Positions 42,504 to 56,037 of a stretch of 64,000 nt of DNA are shown one piece after another; position 1 is the first letter of the stretch, and each line of letters starts with the position of its first letter. This DNA is from Trichosphaerium sp. ATCC 40318. Lineage: Eukaryota > Protista > Tubulinea. The stretch lies in the NCBI GenBank assembly GCA_038496445.1, contig JALMLS010000079.1, forward strand, positions 62,001 through 126,000. The letters run 5' to 3'. The position numbers and the translations under genes are program-made. The notes under the pieces are model-generated. The model was given only the letters and a program-made list of their open reading frames with translations. It searched no databases and was not told the DNA's origin.

Positions 42504-43625
42504 CATCTATCTATGCTTTACACCCAGTAATTCAACTTCGAATACCAAAGTGGCTTGTTTTGGGATCCTACAGGGACATAGTCAGCGGACAGTAGATATA
42601 CGCGGCTGCAACTGCGGAGGAAGGAGGAAATGGAGGCGATTTCTCAAAAATGAAGGGTAAACACGTACACTGGAGGGAATCCCTTGGCACCGTATGCATA
42701 TTCAGGGGCACATGTGAGTTTTGATTTTTCTCCAACGCTCATCTAATGAGTTGAGGTTTTAGCACAAGCAAAAAAAAGGTGATGGATTTTTCCTACCTGC
42801 ATCACACCTTCGTCCCATCCACGGATAACTTGTCCTTTTCCAATAACAAATTCGAAAGGATCGTTACGGTCGCGTGAACTATCGAATTTCTTGCCATCGA
42901 GCAACTAAAAATCGTTACTATTGAAAAAAAAAGATAGCTCTACTCGGTTTTTCTTTTATACTTGTTGCGCCAAATTTGGGCTTCAAAGTTTAATATTTAT
43001 GACGTACGGTACCTAGAAAGTGTGAGATTGATTAAACAATTATCGGGACGCCTTTTTTTGCCTTGGAGGCAAGAGAAAAAAACAAAAAAGCGTTTGGCGC
43101 CAAGTTTGGTCGTTTTTCGTCCGTTTGATATGATTTTGGTATAACTTACCGACATAATGAACACTGACTGTCTGTCCCTCTATTGGAAAAGTTTTACCGT
43201 CTCCTGGAGTGATTACATCGCGTTTGAAGGTAGTAACGGCGTCTGCGGAATAAAATCGAGTAATGGCTTTTGGAACGTTTAGTGACCAGTTAGATATTTG
43301 ATTAACGCGTGTTGCCTTCTTAACTAGAGGGTTTACAGGTTTGCGTGCTAAAAGATACGTAAGGGAAACGTTCTCTTGTTATTCAATGGTATTCAGTGGC
43401 TACTTTGCAACATAAGCTGCAGCCACAAATCGAAAGTTTTCTGCGAGGCCATATTTGACAATGAGCTTCAATTATACCTGTTTTTGAAGTAGTATAGTAC
43501 GATCTTTTAGGTTGTGCTCCTACTCTAGCATTGCTGTACAATTGTGAGTTTATAACAATCAATCGAAGCTTATATTACCGTGAGAGCCCTTGGGCGCGAC
43601 TGGCGTTCAAAAGAATCCTTTGCAT
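42504..43625 (-). CDS. FKBP12-type peptidyl-prolyl isomerase with presequence-like N-terminus
   Basis: [29 protein letters not shown]...[52 protein letters not shown]...AYGAKG...[10 protein letters not shown]. Confidence 0.85.
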
Positions 43626-43867
43626 GAGGCTTGTAGAATAAGTTTCAAGGCGTAGTGAGCTGTGTTAAGGCACGGTACTGACTTCATCACAACCATCAAA
43701 AAAGGCGACCATGAACTCAATCTGTTGCATATCACTTAACCGCCAGTTTATTATTTAGTATCTCATGCTGTTTTAAATAGTTTTATGGCGCAGTAGTGCA
43801 AGATTTTAGTAGCATGTCAAAATGGTTTCTTTTTTTTCAAATATGATTACAAGTTGAGTTAATAACC

Positions 43868-45055
43868 TTAGCTCCTCAGATCCTTTTTAAGGTCTTCAAT
43901 TGTATTTGGTGGCAAATTTGTCATGTGAGGAAAATTAGGATGTTCTGAACCCATTGTGGCCTCTGTGCAGGCCTTGAAATCGGTAATCTTGAGCAGATGT
44001 CAGAGTTGCAAACAAGAGTAAACTCAGTGACTTACCTGTTCTGGCGTTAACTCAAACTTGAGAAAGTGAACTGCGCTTGTTATACCATCATCATCAGTAC
44101 GCTATAATTAAAATCAGCTTTCTTACAGGCGTAGCTTATATTGACGTACCTCAACATCAGTATCTGTGGGTTTAGCGATTACTTTGTGAGGTCCGAATTT
44201 AAGATACATTGAGTTTTCGATGTGACCTACACGTGCGATCAATTACTGCCACGTTATCTCATGTTTACCTAGTGTAGCTAGTTCTTTCTCTCTTTTCTCT
44301 TTGTTCGGTATCTCCAACATAAAAGTGAAGACTAAGGGAAATAATAAGTTACCAAAGACAAAGATGTATATGTTAATCACGTGCCAAGTTCTGATCCTTG
44401 AGGTATAAGAGGATTGAAAGCTAATATTTGATCTTCTATTACCTCTTCGTGATCTGCAGACGAGCCAGCGAGTTCAGCGTATATCATTTCGTGAACCTTA
44501 TAGACGTTGACATGTTGAAATAGACATGTTGACATATTTATTCTTTGTTTTCTTTTTTGACGTACTTGCATCCACACAAGGTCGTAGTTTTCGAAGATAA
44601 TGTTACCACAAGGTCCTAGCTGCGTATGGTTATGGTGTGAAGGTGGATTGGGAACTCTAAGAGGATCGTATTAAAATCATTTTTGCGTACAAATATTCTC
44701 CGTTTGTTTTTCATCTCTCTGCGCATTGGATAGAAGTGAGTGCGTCTCTTTTCCGTGTACGGTTGAAGCGGCCAAATAATGTCATCCCGAACAATTTTTT
44801 GCGTGTTAGATGCTACAGTAGATGGCACTTGCTCTAGCAACGCCGGTGACGCATAGTTTCGCACTAATTGTACAAGTACGTTAATGTCAATGATAAACAG
44901 CTATGCATACACGCTCTGGTATCCAAATTACGCGTGCGAAGTGATTTTTGCCCGGATTGGTGTCTACTGACCTGAGTTGTGAAATTAACATGGAGTATTA
45001 ACGCATACCGTACACTTGCTACAATAGATTGGTTACGTAAGTAGTGTCGAAGCAT
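43868..45055 (-). CDS. DUF3501-family protein with predicted mitochondrial presequence
   Basis: KRRIFVGP..IIFENYDLVWMQVHEMIYAE...AFNPLIPQGSELVFTFMLEIP...GHIEN...TSAVHFLKFELTPEQ...HPNF; multiple spliceosomal introns. Confidence 0.8.
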
Positions 45056-45249
45056 AGGTATTTTGTAATCAGAAAACGTAAAACCCAATCTAGTCAACCA
45101 AAATAAAACTGTGAATTAACCTCACCTAGCTTTTTTCCGAGTAGATTTCGTGCTATTGACGAAGACAGAGAACCTAGTAATTTGATATTAAGCAACACGT
45201 GGAGTTGAAGAGCCAAACGTGGCACAAGAGTGTATTGTAAAAGACCCAA

Positions 45250-46338
45250 ATGTCAGCGAAAGAGCGCCTTGCGCCCTTGTTAGCCAAACTTAGCGTAACT
45301 CAACAGAAACAATTATTAGATTCTAAAAGCGTGTATCACGATGCTGCTGTACTAGAGAACGAGCTACGACGCCAAGGCGTTACTGTATACTACAAAAAAC
45401 AACCACCAATCGATCACAAGCTTATAATAAAAGAGTTGGCCGACTATAACATTACAACCGTTCAAGATTTGCAACATAGCGATGGGGTTGTACATAGTTT
45501 ATATATCGTTCAGTCTGGCGCTAAAAAATACGTTTTGAAGGTATGTCCAGCATTGTGGCAACGTAGAAAGGTTGAGAATGAAGTCAATTCGATGAAACTT
45601 GCCGCTAAATTAGTGACGGATGTACACGTGCCAATACTTTTGAGGTATTGCAACGACTACCAAAAGTGCGCTTTTAAGAGGGAGTATATTCTTATGGAGT
45701 ACATACCTGGCGTAACACTAAAGAGCCTGGAAGGAAAGGAAATTTATACCGTCGCTGACAGTATAGCTGACAAAGGATTTAAGTCTTTGTCCAAGGTGTC
45801 GTTCTCATCTATTGGAAGGCTTGTACAAAATGGAAACGAGGAATTTGTTGTAAGAGCAGGTGTAGAGCATCTGAACAGGAAGGATGACGATGAAGGACTA
45901 ACACTTAGAGAGGACATGATCGAGCGGCTTCAAGTGGCACTTCAACTCGCACCTAGACCTAACGATGAAGATGTGAGCCAAGTCATAAAAGAGATAAATG
46001 TCTGGATATCACGGTTAAAGTCTATGCCTGACGACATGTTTCCGAAAGATATAAAATTCAGCCATTACGATGAACATGACGGTAATATCATGGTTGAGTT
46101 GACAGACACTGGAAGTGTTAAGCGTATTACTCTACTAGACTGGGAATGGGCAGGTCCTCATTTATCAAAAAATGTTAAATGTCCCTTGTACGATACATTG
46201 TCCTCTTTGGCCTGGGCCACGTACACACTCAATGCTATACAAAGATGGGATGATGTTAAAGATGATAGAAAGGGTAGAAAAGATGCCATTGAAGAAATCA
46301 AAAAATACCTTACCAAGTTAAAACAGTTTAAGGTGTAA
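45250..46338 (+). CDS. Intronless aminoglycoside-phosphotransferase / choline-kinase-like protein
   Basis: 362-aa single ORF; YVLKV, NEVNSM, VPILL, YILMEYIPGVTL, HYDEHDGNIMV, LLDWEWAG. Confidence 0.8.
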   Translation: MSAKERLAPLLAKLSVTQQKQLLDSKSVYHDAAVLENELRRQGVTVYYKKQPPIDHKLIIKELADYNITTVQDLQHSDGVVHSLYIVQSGAKKYVLKVCPALWQRRKVENEVNSMKLAAKLVTDVHVPILLRYCNDYQKCAFKREYILMEYIPGVTLKSLEGKEIYTVADSIADKGFKSLSKVSFSSIGRLVQNGNEEFVVRAGVEHLNRKDDDEGLTLREDMIERLQVALQLAPRPNDEDVSQVIKEINVWISRLKSMPDDMFPKDIKFSHYDEHDGNIMVELTDTGSVKRITLLDWEWAGPHLSKNVKCPLYDTLSSLAWATYTLNAIQRWDDVKDDRKGRKDAIEEIKKYLTKLKQFKV

Positions 46339-47747
46339 ATAAATCTTTTTTCTAGTTTCATAATGGTGCTAGTAGTTCGTGGTACTTACCGCTAAACCGT
46401 GAACGTGTTGGCTAATCGCAATGAATATGTGAAATAGAGTTTGGTACTTGCTCTTTGTTATTGAACACCTTGCACGGTGTCATCAACTGGCCAAGTATTT
46501 GTTCCGTCAATGCGTGTATTGTCAAAAGGTGTTTGTGCAAATCAGGATTTTCGGTAGTACTTTTACTGGCAATGTCGTGTGAGGTTCCACCTCACTCTGG
46601 TGGCGAGTGTGTTGATAAGCTTTGGCATAGTGGTTTATAAACATGAGCAACTATATAGTTCATCAAAACAAAACCATAGCATGTGTCAGCTTTGTAAACA
46701 TAGGTGCAATACAAAAACTGGTTTTGCATTTCCAATATTTTGGTCTTCTACCGATCCAGTGATCTTTGTAGGTTAGCTATATGGAAAATATTGAGAAACT
46801 AAGCGGCTAAGACACTATTTATCATATAAAATACATGTACCAGCACTAGCGTGGCGAAGCTATTTCGTACCTTTTTGGTTTCTGTTAGCTGTTAGCTTTT
46901 ATCCTCTTGCGAAAAGACGTTTTTTTGTTGGTGTTGTTCTTGAAGCTGTACAGTTAATAAATAGTCTGTAAGGTTAATCAGTTTATAAATCTCATTTGGA
47001 GGTACACTTCCAAAGATGTTACAATGTATGGAATAAACAAAGAAAATAAGATTATAGTTTGAAAACTATTCTAGGTATGTTAAAGGTAGCAGACATCCTA
47101 GGATTAACAATAGGTTGAAATGCCCAAAGGGGTGATACAAACATCACAATGCAAGCCTACCATACGGGCGAAAAAGGTGTTGTGGTTTAGTACATTGTGG
47201 CTATGTACATACCTCAAGGACGACGCTGTTGTCTCCTTCGAGATTTAACTGATCGCAACATCACTACTGGTGGTACTTTTGTACCAGACATAGAAGGGTA
47301 CACAGTTGCATTGCCACGTGTTGTTCAACTAAACGGGATGCAAAGTACTAGACTAACATGTTACTTTGCATTTTTGGGAGCTTACAAAACTGCTACTGAA
47401 CGCACATATATTACAGTAACTGTAGAATATCATAACATTTTGGTAAGGGTTACAGAGGAAAATGGGTAAGGATATAACTTCAATAAAGTACTCAATTACA
47501 TCTCCGCTAAAATGTATGAAGTATGTTTGACGTTATTCAACTACTCTCCTCGCAGCTTTACTTAGTTCCATCTTCAGGTTATACGTGTTATAGGAGAATA
47601 CGTATTCAGAGGTGGAATGCACGGGCAATTGTATCAGCAAGCAGGTTGCATTACAAAGTCAAGGTAGTTCTGTTAATCCTGTAACGAGAGTAAAGCAAGT
47701 GCGGATAAAAGGAAAATAGTGGCTCAATATTTCAAGTTGGTGTAAAC

Positions 47748-48690
47748 ATGTCGTCGCCTCAGTTGGAGGTGCAGATCAAAAGTAAAACACGTGCTAATAA
47801 GATACATAGCAATTATATCCTGAGTTGGTGTTGTTGGTATTAGAACATCTCTCAGTCTGTTCTTTAGCCCGAGCGATGCGGACATGTAGATTGTGGTGCG
47901 CTTTAGGAGATTCTAAGAGCGTTTGGGTGCGACATTTGAAATATATTACATCAAAGTCAGAGAGCAAGGCGATATACAGGCAGATAGGTTTACAATCACT
48001 TAAGAAGCGATACAAGGCGTTATCTCAACCTTTACGCTGTGCACGTGATGGTACGACTGCTAAGAACGTCATATTTATTTTAGTCTAAAAGGCTTTTGTA
48101 GTCTCAGGTAACCCCACGTGGAAAACGCTAAGTGTGTGGCCGAAGCGTGTAAAGTGCAATTCAAAAAATTCTTCCCTTATCATTGGTACGTAATGAAAGT
48201 GTTCACATGTGATGGTAATGAGTCTAGACAGCTGTCCAATAACAGAAGGTGCATGGCTATTTGAGATTGGTGTCAATAGACGTTTATTTGCTATGGCCAT
48301 GGGATTTGCAAGCTATGACATTGATTTACAAAGAGATGTAGAGTACTGCCAAGGTTGAAAAACAAACAACACTTGATTTATTTTTTTTAACACCGGAATG
48401 TTGAAATAGGTTTTATTGGCTATTATCATGGTGGATATAGCCTCAATATTGTGGAAAGAGGGAGACGCGTTATACAGCGACGTGCTTATCAGCCTTCAGA
48501 CTTGCCTGCGTTTACAGCTGATGCAATGACGACTGTACTTCTAGATATGGATAATCACGTGTTTTGTGTTCTACGTGATGGAAAGAAAACGCGTTGGAAA
48601 GCGGACATAAACGTAGACGGGCCATTATATCCAATCGTATGGGCTAACAACCAATGTACGGTCAAAGCAACACTACTTGTATTTAAATAA
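47748..48690 (+). CDS. F-box plus SPRY-like domain protein
   Basis: LYPELVLLVLEHLSVCSLARAMRTCRLW; GAWLFEI...AMGFAS...VLLDMDNH...GPLYPIVW. Confidence 0.75.
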
Positions 48691-48877
48691 GAATTCTTCT
48701 AACTGTGATGGTAGGCGACATCATAACACTTCATTATCCTAAGAGAGTCGATGGTCAAAGCTTTGAGATGGTAAACAAGGGAGTGGAGATAGACAAAACA
48801 GTATGTTTGAATAAAACTTGACTTCTTTTTTTTTTTTTTTGTACTGGTTTACAATTCAGTTTTAAATTACGTTTGCA

Positions 48878-50274
48878 ATGAGTGAGAACCGTGAGATTGA
48901 ACGCTTGAAGAAGGAAATAAAACGTACCAAGGTAAAAAGAGGATTGTAGTAGCAATTCAGGTATTTAATCGTCTGTAGGAACGCTTAGAACGCGAAACAA
49001 GCGAGTTAGAAAAAGCTACAAAAGAGTTGCGCAAGTTAAAGAGGTATAAAGCGCTCTACACCGCCATGGCGTTGCTTTTTAAGCTTAAAGATAACTAAAA
49101 GCTACTTTAGGCAAAACAAAGACCTAGAAAAGCAACTAGCAGGTTCTTCATCGAATAAAGGCAATGGAGACTCCAGTGGTACAAATTAACACGTATTATT
49201 GCAACACACTGACCCACTTGCCTACATAGTCACCAAAGAGCGCTTACAACGTAAAGTAGATAAGCTACAACGCGAGAAAGCTAAATTAGAATCAAGAGTA
49301 GCGGAATTAGAGTCGAATAAGGTAAAACACATAATAATTTGTTTAACTGGGAATTTATGTCAAATGTGAAAAAAAAACAAATCCCAAAGCTGTTCCATCA
49401 CTTCATCTTTGACCCATTTAATAGGCGGATAGTGCGCAATTAGAAAAATTACGTTCTGAGAATAAACGGCTGAGAGAAGAAGCTGGGGTGGTATCAGATC
49501 ATTCACGTGATTCAACAGCACCTATTAAAATATCACGTAATTCGTTAAAGTCAAACAGAAGTTCAGTAATTTCCAGAAGCGGAAGTAGCTCACATCACAT
49601 GACAATGTGGCATGGTCCAGTCAAGCATAGTTCAAGAGACATATATGGTCTCGATGCCCTTCCTGAAGATCCTCATAGGCTACTGTATAAGGAAGGATAC
49701 ATGCGTTTGATAACAGGAGACAAGCGATCGGACAGATGGGTACAATTTTGAAGTTTTTTTTCTGGGCGGGAATTAGTAATTCCTTACACAACTGTTGGTT
49801 TTGACCATTTCTTGTAGGTTCTACTTTTTAATGACTACTTAGTGGTCGCTAAGAAACCAAAAGTGAAGACTCCTGAACGTACGCACAGTCACTATTAAGT
49901 ATTGAGTTGACGAGAAAAAACTCAACTGAACAATTCTCGGCTTTTTGTCTTCTCTGATCTACCTTTATAGAAGCCAGTTTTAAGTACAAAGTGTCAAAAA
50001 CATATGCCTTGACTGATAAGAAGAGTAGCATCAAAGCAATTGGCGATGATTTTATTGAAGGTACAAAAAGGAATCTATAATTCTCAACACTATTGTTTTT
50101 GGTTTTCACCCATGATCCGAATATTAAATTAACCTCCTTTTGTCAGACTTGTATCTCCTTGATATCATTATTGGCGATGACACGCTTTCTCTTGCTGTAA
50201 AGAGCGGGCATATTCGCCAAAAATGGATTGATAGGTTCAGCATTGTACAAAAGGCAACAGGTTCACAACTTTAA
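48878..50274 (+). CDS. Coiled-coil plus PH-like domain protein
   Basis: E/K/R/L heptad exons; RLLYKEGYM...WFYFFNDYLVVAK...RQKWIDRF. Confidence 0.65.
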
Positions 50275-50527
50275 TCCTTGTACAGCCAACCAAAAAATCC
50301 GTACCGCAGCTCGTGTTATGTAGTGTTTTCCCAGTGTAAAATAGAATATCAACCCCCCAAGTACTCTCAGTATTATTTGTATTCCCTCAGCAAGAAGAGC
50401 ACCAATGAGAGCGTGATAGTTGAATTTGCCGTTTGCCACACAAGTCAGATGTGTGACACTTGATAGTGTCAATCGAATATGACTTTGCAGAAAATAAATA
50501 TCTTGCTAGTATCGTGTGTGAGTGCAA

Positions 50528-51842
50528 TCAATCCAGTTGTACACTTGAGGTAATAGCTTCGTGCATTGAGTTTCCAGTGGAAACTACAATTTCATAGAAT
50601 GAAAAAACCAATGCATTAACGGGTATACCACGCAGCAACGTTGGTGTAATACCAACCCAAAATCGTCCTATGCCCTAAACCACTTGTAAATATCAACGTA
50701 TTGTGCACTTTTGACGAGGCTGGCGTACTTTTGAAGCCAGTTGTTTGATGCAATCTGAAGCTGAGAGGGTTCCTCCTGCTTGCTGTAATCTCGTTTTCAC
50801 TACATCCACAGGGTATATAGATAACCACACTGTCATCCCTAGTTCATTTAGACGTGGCACAACCAGCTTTTTGAGCGTACCTGCAAGTGCTCCTGCCAGC
50901 ATATTTGCTAGAAGTGTTGGGCAACCAACATCCTTTATATTTCGTTTTGAAGCCTCATACATGCCAAAGTACACAGCGTGTCCAGGAATATCACGGCACG
51001 CTGTAACCATTTGTCCTTGCCATAAACCTTTAATGCCATGTTTTTGAACAAGCCAACTCTAGCATTTTCGAAATTAGAGCACGTGTTTTTACATTTTTTC
51101 CTTCAATTGCACGTGACGTACGAGGCAGTGTAAAGGCCCTTTGAATTGCCCTTTGGCATAACTCTCTTTTTGGGACTGTAGTCGTATCTTTACATTATCT
51201 ACAGGGCATATAATGAAGGTTGATACGCTCTAGCTCAAAAAAAGAGATTTAGCTTGAGAAAAAAGAGAGAAAGACAAAAAGAGACATACACCTGTCATTG
51301 CGCCTATCATTGCGGTTTGCGGAAGCGTCAATGGTAAACTAGTATCTGTTTGTATCAATCTCTGATGAAAGTTAGCGGTTTTGGCGGCGACGGGGAAAAG
51401 GTAACCTGAAAAGTCCCGTAAGACCCAAAAGTACACGAGCATACTAGCATAGCACCTACCAAGGGAGGAGTGGCACCTTTATATAACCCTACGAACTATT
51501 TTTCGTAAGTTCAAAAAATATTTTCCTTGAGTAGGTTATTACGCATACTTTTTCGTTGCGTAGTATATTTCTAAGCGTGGAGATCATTCCACCAGAGTCT
51601 TGGCTCTGTAATCTTATCTAATGTTGTTTTTAATTCCGTACCTTTCTTAAAGAGCTCTTAGTACCTTCAAAGTATCGAATGGGTGGCCGAGATATACACC
51701 ACAGGCACCCTACGCAAAAGTAAGAAAAGTTGTCATAAAGCGCCTAATACAGCGTTTACGTGGTACATACCGACACGCATCCTGCTAGGACGCCTATAAC
51801 TGGATGTGAAGGTATTCCTCTTCCATCGTTGCCTTTAGACAT
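50528..51842 (-). CDS. Mitochondrial carrier (SLC25; carnitine/basic amino acid carrier-like)
   Basis: Three PX[DE]XXKXRLQ motifs (HPFDTLKIRLQ, CPVDNVKIRLQ, YPVDVVKTRLQ), GLYKGATPPL, RDIPGHAVYFGMYE. Confidence 0.9.
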
Positions 51843-52543
51843 TTTAACCAATTGACACGCCTTTTGTTGTACGCAACGGCAGCGTATTGGTGTATTGATT
51901 TCTTTTTCCAACACTGACAAAATTGTGCTTATTGTTGTCTCGATAAGTCTTCCCTGGCTTGTCATGCACTGCATTGGCATTGTATGGTCTAGGCAGTACT
52001 GAAAAGAACAATAAACAACAGTTTAATCAGGCTAGTAACAAATTGAAGTACAAATGACAAACGTAGTCAAAACGCAATTTTCGTTTAACAATTACCCTTG
52101 TAAAGCATAAGTCTTTATTCAGTTTACTGGATAGATGTATTCAAATAACGTGACCAATAACCTCCGCAGTGCGCACTTGTGCATGTGATACATTGAAAGC
52201 GTACACTGCGATATCGTGTATGCTGTAATAGATCGGAACTAAAACCGCTCCCTATTTGTAAGAAGTGCCTATAACGGCACTTGTTCGTTGGTTTCATCTA
52301 ATTTTGTACCCAAAAAAAGAGGACGGATTTCTGGCAGCGTTGACGGAGCACTCAACCATAGTGTACGCGAGTAGCTGCAGATTTAATAGTTCCCAGAAGT
52401 TTGTTTTACTTTGTACTAAACGGCGATAGCGCGTTTGACTTTGTTGGGACATTTGCTTTCCTCTTTATAGAATCTGCTATCGGTGTAAGCACAACACAAG
52501 TCCGTCGCTTGCGTCAACACCCCACCTCTAAAAAAAACGCCAA

Positions 52544-55500
52544 ATGGCTGGGCGAGGTATTATAGATCAAATTAGTTCTATAGTGCTAACGACGCTCAGG
52601 TTTAGACTTTGCTTTGTCAGTGGACAACTTTGATGTTGAATTATCACAAAAGGACGTAGAGAAGATCTCATTCACCCCAAGTTGTATCATATCAGTGTAC
52701 GAAGTGTTTTCGATCGCAAACTAGCGCTTTTCGAGTGGTCTAATTTAATGTTTTCAGCTGCAAGAAAGGAAACGTTAGAATAGAGTATAAAGACGCATCC
52801 AAGCCAAAGTTTGATCTAAAGCGCACCGCTTTGTTTTCAGCGTGGGCATTGCAAGACAATTTACTGTATATCAGCTATAAAGACGGATCTGTAAAGGTAC
52901 TACCTCGTATACGCGTATTTCGTACTTGGCGGCTTTTTTTAGGTTGTTTTCAAAAACTGTCATTGTTTACACCCTATTTCAAGGTAGTGCATGTGGAAAC
53001 TCAAGAATCAACGATAATACTACAGGAGCCAGCTCTAAAAGGTAGTTCTGCCAATTGAGCGTTATTTCTTTAACCAACTTGAATGAAACTAGGTGCCAAA
53101 GCAATTATCACGTCTAAAGATTATGTAGTATTTGTGTTTGCCATGCAGGTTAGTTTGATTGTTGACAGATGACGCAAACAAATTTTTTTTTTTCTGTTTT
53201 TTCGCTTTAAAGATTGAGGCAATATCCTTATCCCCACGTTTTTAAAATTAGGCTGAAGTATATTGGAGACAAAAAGGTGATCATATTAGGCTTCACACCC
53301 TCGACACTGGATTTTTACAGACTGTCAGGACTGATTTTTGTTATTTTGACCACGAGCTCCTTTTTATTGCTGGTATGTACTGTGACAAACTGGTATTTTG
53401 TTTTTCTTAGTTCTAACCCTTCTTGGCGTAGGGCGGGATCAGTTTCAATTGTGGAAAATACTGTCGCCTAAAAAACCTTTATTCAAGGTCAGGAGTAGTG
53501 GCAGGAGTTGGCTACAAGTCCGGTATGACAAATGTCAAATGAATATCTTGTTTTTTCAGTATGTTGACTCTGATAGGCAATATGGATCGATGGTCTTTGC
53601 TTCATCAGTGGATCAACTTGAAATGTTTAATCTAGCAGTGTACAATCACGAAACAAAGGTAAGTCGCATAACAGCTCCGGTTTTCTAAATATTGTGGTAG
53701 TCTGGTTACACAACGACAAGTATGGCTGCGCCTATAATATCAATGCACCTAGATGATATGGGACTTATCACGGGTGACACAAAAGGCAATATTATGCTAC
53801 GAAATAGTGCTACAGTACGTGAGTTTAGTGCATGTTATGTTGTAGATTTGTTTATGAGTTTTTGTCGTTACTCACAATCTGTTCAAAACAGGGAGAAGAG
53901 ATCCTGACATACAATATCCAATTTGATGTGGATGAACTCGATAATAGTGAGTCTTTGACTGACATGAACTTGCAACACGCTATAACGCATCTAAAGCGTA
54001 TTGGTAGATGTATATTATTTTGTTGCAAAGATGTACGACCGCATTGAATCTCTAGCCTCTATCGATCCATCACGTTGACTTACTTTACGCCAAATAGGGC
54101 AGTATTTATTCACTTGATACAGCACAGTATCTTAAATGTCCACCTGCAAAGCTGTTTTCTAGTGGTGGTTCTCCTCTAGGTATCATATTGAGCAAAAAAG
54201 ATGGTGTAGATAGTTTTTGTGTTGGTACGTTTGTCTAGTTCATTTTATGGCTTTCTGTAATGTCCTTTGTATTCACGTGTTTCGTCGTTAGGTGTTTTAG
54301 GCGGTAAGAAAGCGTTGCAGAACTTGGCGACAAAGATTACTAGCGTCATGAAGCGTGTCGGTGCTGTCACATCACCTAGAGGTAGTTCAAACCCTAAGCG
54401 ATTGTTGCAAATAAGTCACGTGTTTAGTGAAGGCACTATGTTTGTACCAAAACGAGCATACGCTGTGCGTTATTTTTAACGCATTTTTTTTTTTGGTTGT
54501 CTTTCTTTGACTTTTGTTTTAGGCTAGAATAGAATGGCCTCTGGCTCAATTCAACCCTGTAGATCCTCTTCAATCCCGTATGGAAGCATTCTCTTCTCCT
54601 GTATCATGGTGGCAATGGCAGATACAGCAGAATGCGTTTAGTATACTATTATTTTGTAAAGGAGAAAAGGATATTTGGGAGCAAGTACGCAACTTTAGTA
54701 TCATGTTTCTGATGATTTTGACACTTTGGTTTTAGTGCACATTGAAGGCATGGCATAAATTGTATGATATTTTTAAATTAAGAGGAGGTGAGATATACTG
54801 TATAAAGTCTCCAGGGGACAGAAAATCTTATAACAACATGGAGTTAATGTTGCCGAGGAAATTCTTGGTACGCTGAAAATAGGATTGATTGTCGATTATG
54901 TTACTAACCTCTCGGTTGTCAGGATGATCTCAAATCTTCAGAGAGGCAAGATTTAGAGCAAATAAAACACTTGGAAATCACAACATCAAATGTTGGTGAA
55001 GGTTCTGTGGTGATTAAGAGCACAAGTGATCCTGATTTTGTTAATCCTTTTACAAATGTTGCAAAAGATAGGACCAACACTTTGGCTAAATACTTTAATA
55101 TTGTAGTCAATAAGTCACCAGACTACCCAAGAGAAGTTGCAGAGCATGGTATGTGCAAACATGAATGATGTTTTTTGTATGGTTGTTAAAGTGGTTTTGT
55201 TTCGTTAGGTGTTATTGTACAACAAGCGGATACTGTCATGCCATATTATTTTCGTGTTGACCCACGGAGAAAGTATCACCTTGCTGGACTTGAGTACTGG
55301 CGTCCGGAGCCATCTTCAGTCGCTGAATATATTGTTGGCTTGTTAGATAATCGCAAAGCATTGACAGAAGAATACACACAGCGAATAAAGGTGAGAACTT
55401 GTTTTTGAAAAAAAAAAGATGAGTTTGTGGCTCACTCTCGTCTTAGATAGGATGCCCTGTAACGCACTTGGGATGGACAAAACAGTATAAGCATAAACAA

Positions 55501-55830
55501 GTGATGGCCAGCTTACACAAAAAGTACTCAACACCAGTTGAAGAAAGAGGCGAACACAAGAGTGTCAACAGCGGAAATAGTAAATCGAAAAATAGATACG
55601 AGATTGACATTTCAGTCGCAGATAAGGTTGTCAGGATGAACTCCGATGTAGCTACTAGTAGTGGTAGTGGACGCTCGAGGTCTGCTAGAAGTAATAGCGA
55701 ACAGACAACTACTTCTAGAGTACGAAAGACGAAGCGGTTGAGAAGGAGAAGCGAGAAAAAGAAAAAAAGGAGACACAGCGCCAAAGCGCAGCAACGTGGG
55801 TCACTACTGGCCCCACCATCACATGTATAA
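52544..55830 (+). CDS. Large spliced protein: beta-propeller-like N-terminal half, unrecognised C-terminal domain, basic tail
   Basis: About 16 GT-AG introns link open exons; WD-like strands (LLYISYKDGSVK, LITGDTKGNIML); K/R/S-rich C-terminus. Confidence 0.55.
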
Positions 55831-56037
55831 AAGTAAATAACAAAAATGGCTCAAGCACTGTTTCTTATTGAGGTGTTTCATTGAACCGCTGTGTTTTGCT
55901 CTTTACTTGCCTTGAGCGACTATTTGGAGGGTGTTGTTGCGTAAACAGATATGATTGCTGATTTTAAGAGGCGAATAGATAGAATAGGTGCAATTTTGTT
56001 TATTATAGTATCATTGAGCTTTGTAGTCGCGTTGGTG

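Noticed and set aside
52263-52385. Short hairpins in the divergent intergenic region
   Set aside because: Only 5-7 bp stems with no terminator or boxes; expected by chance
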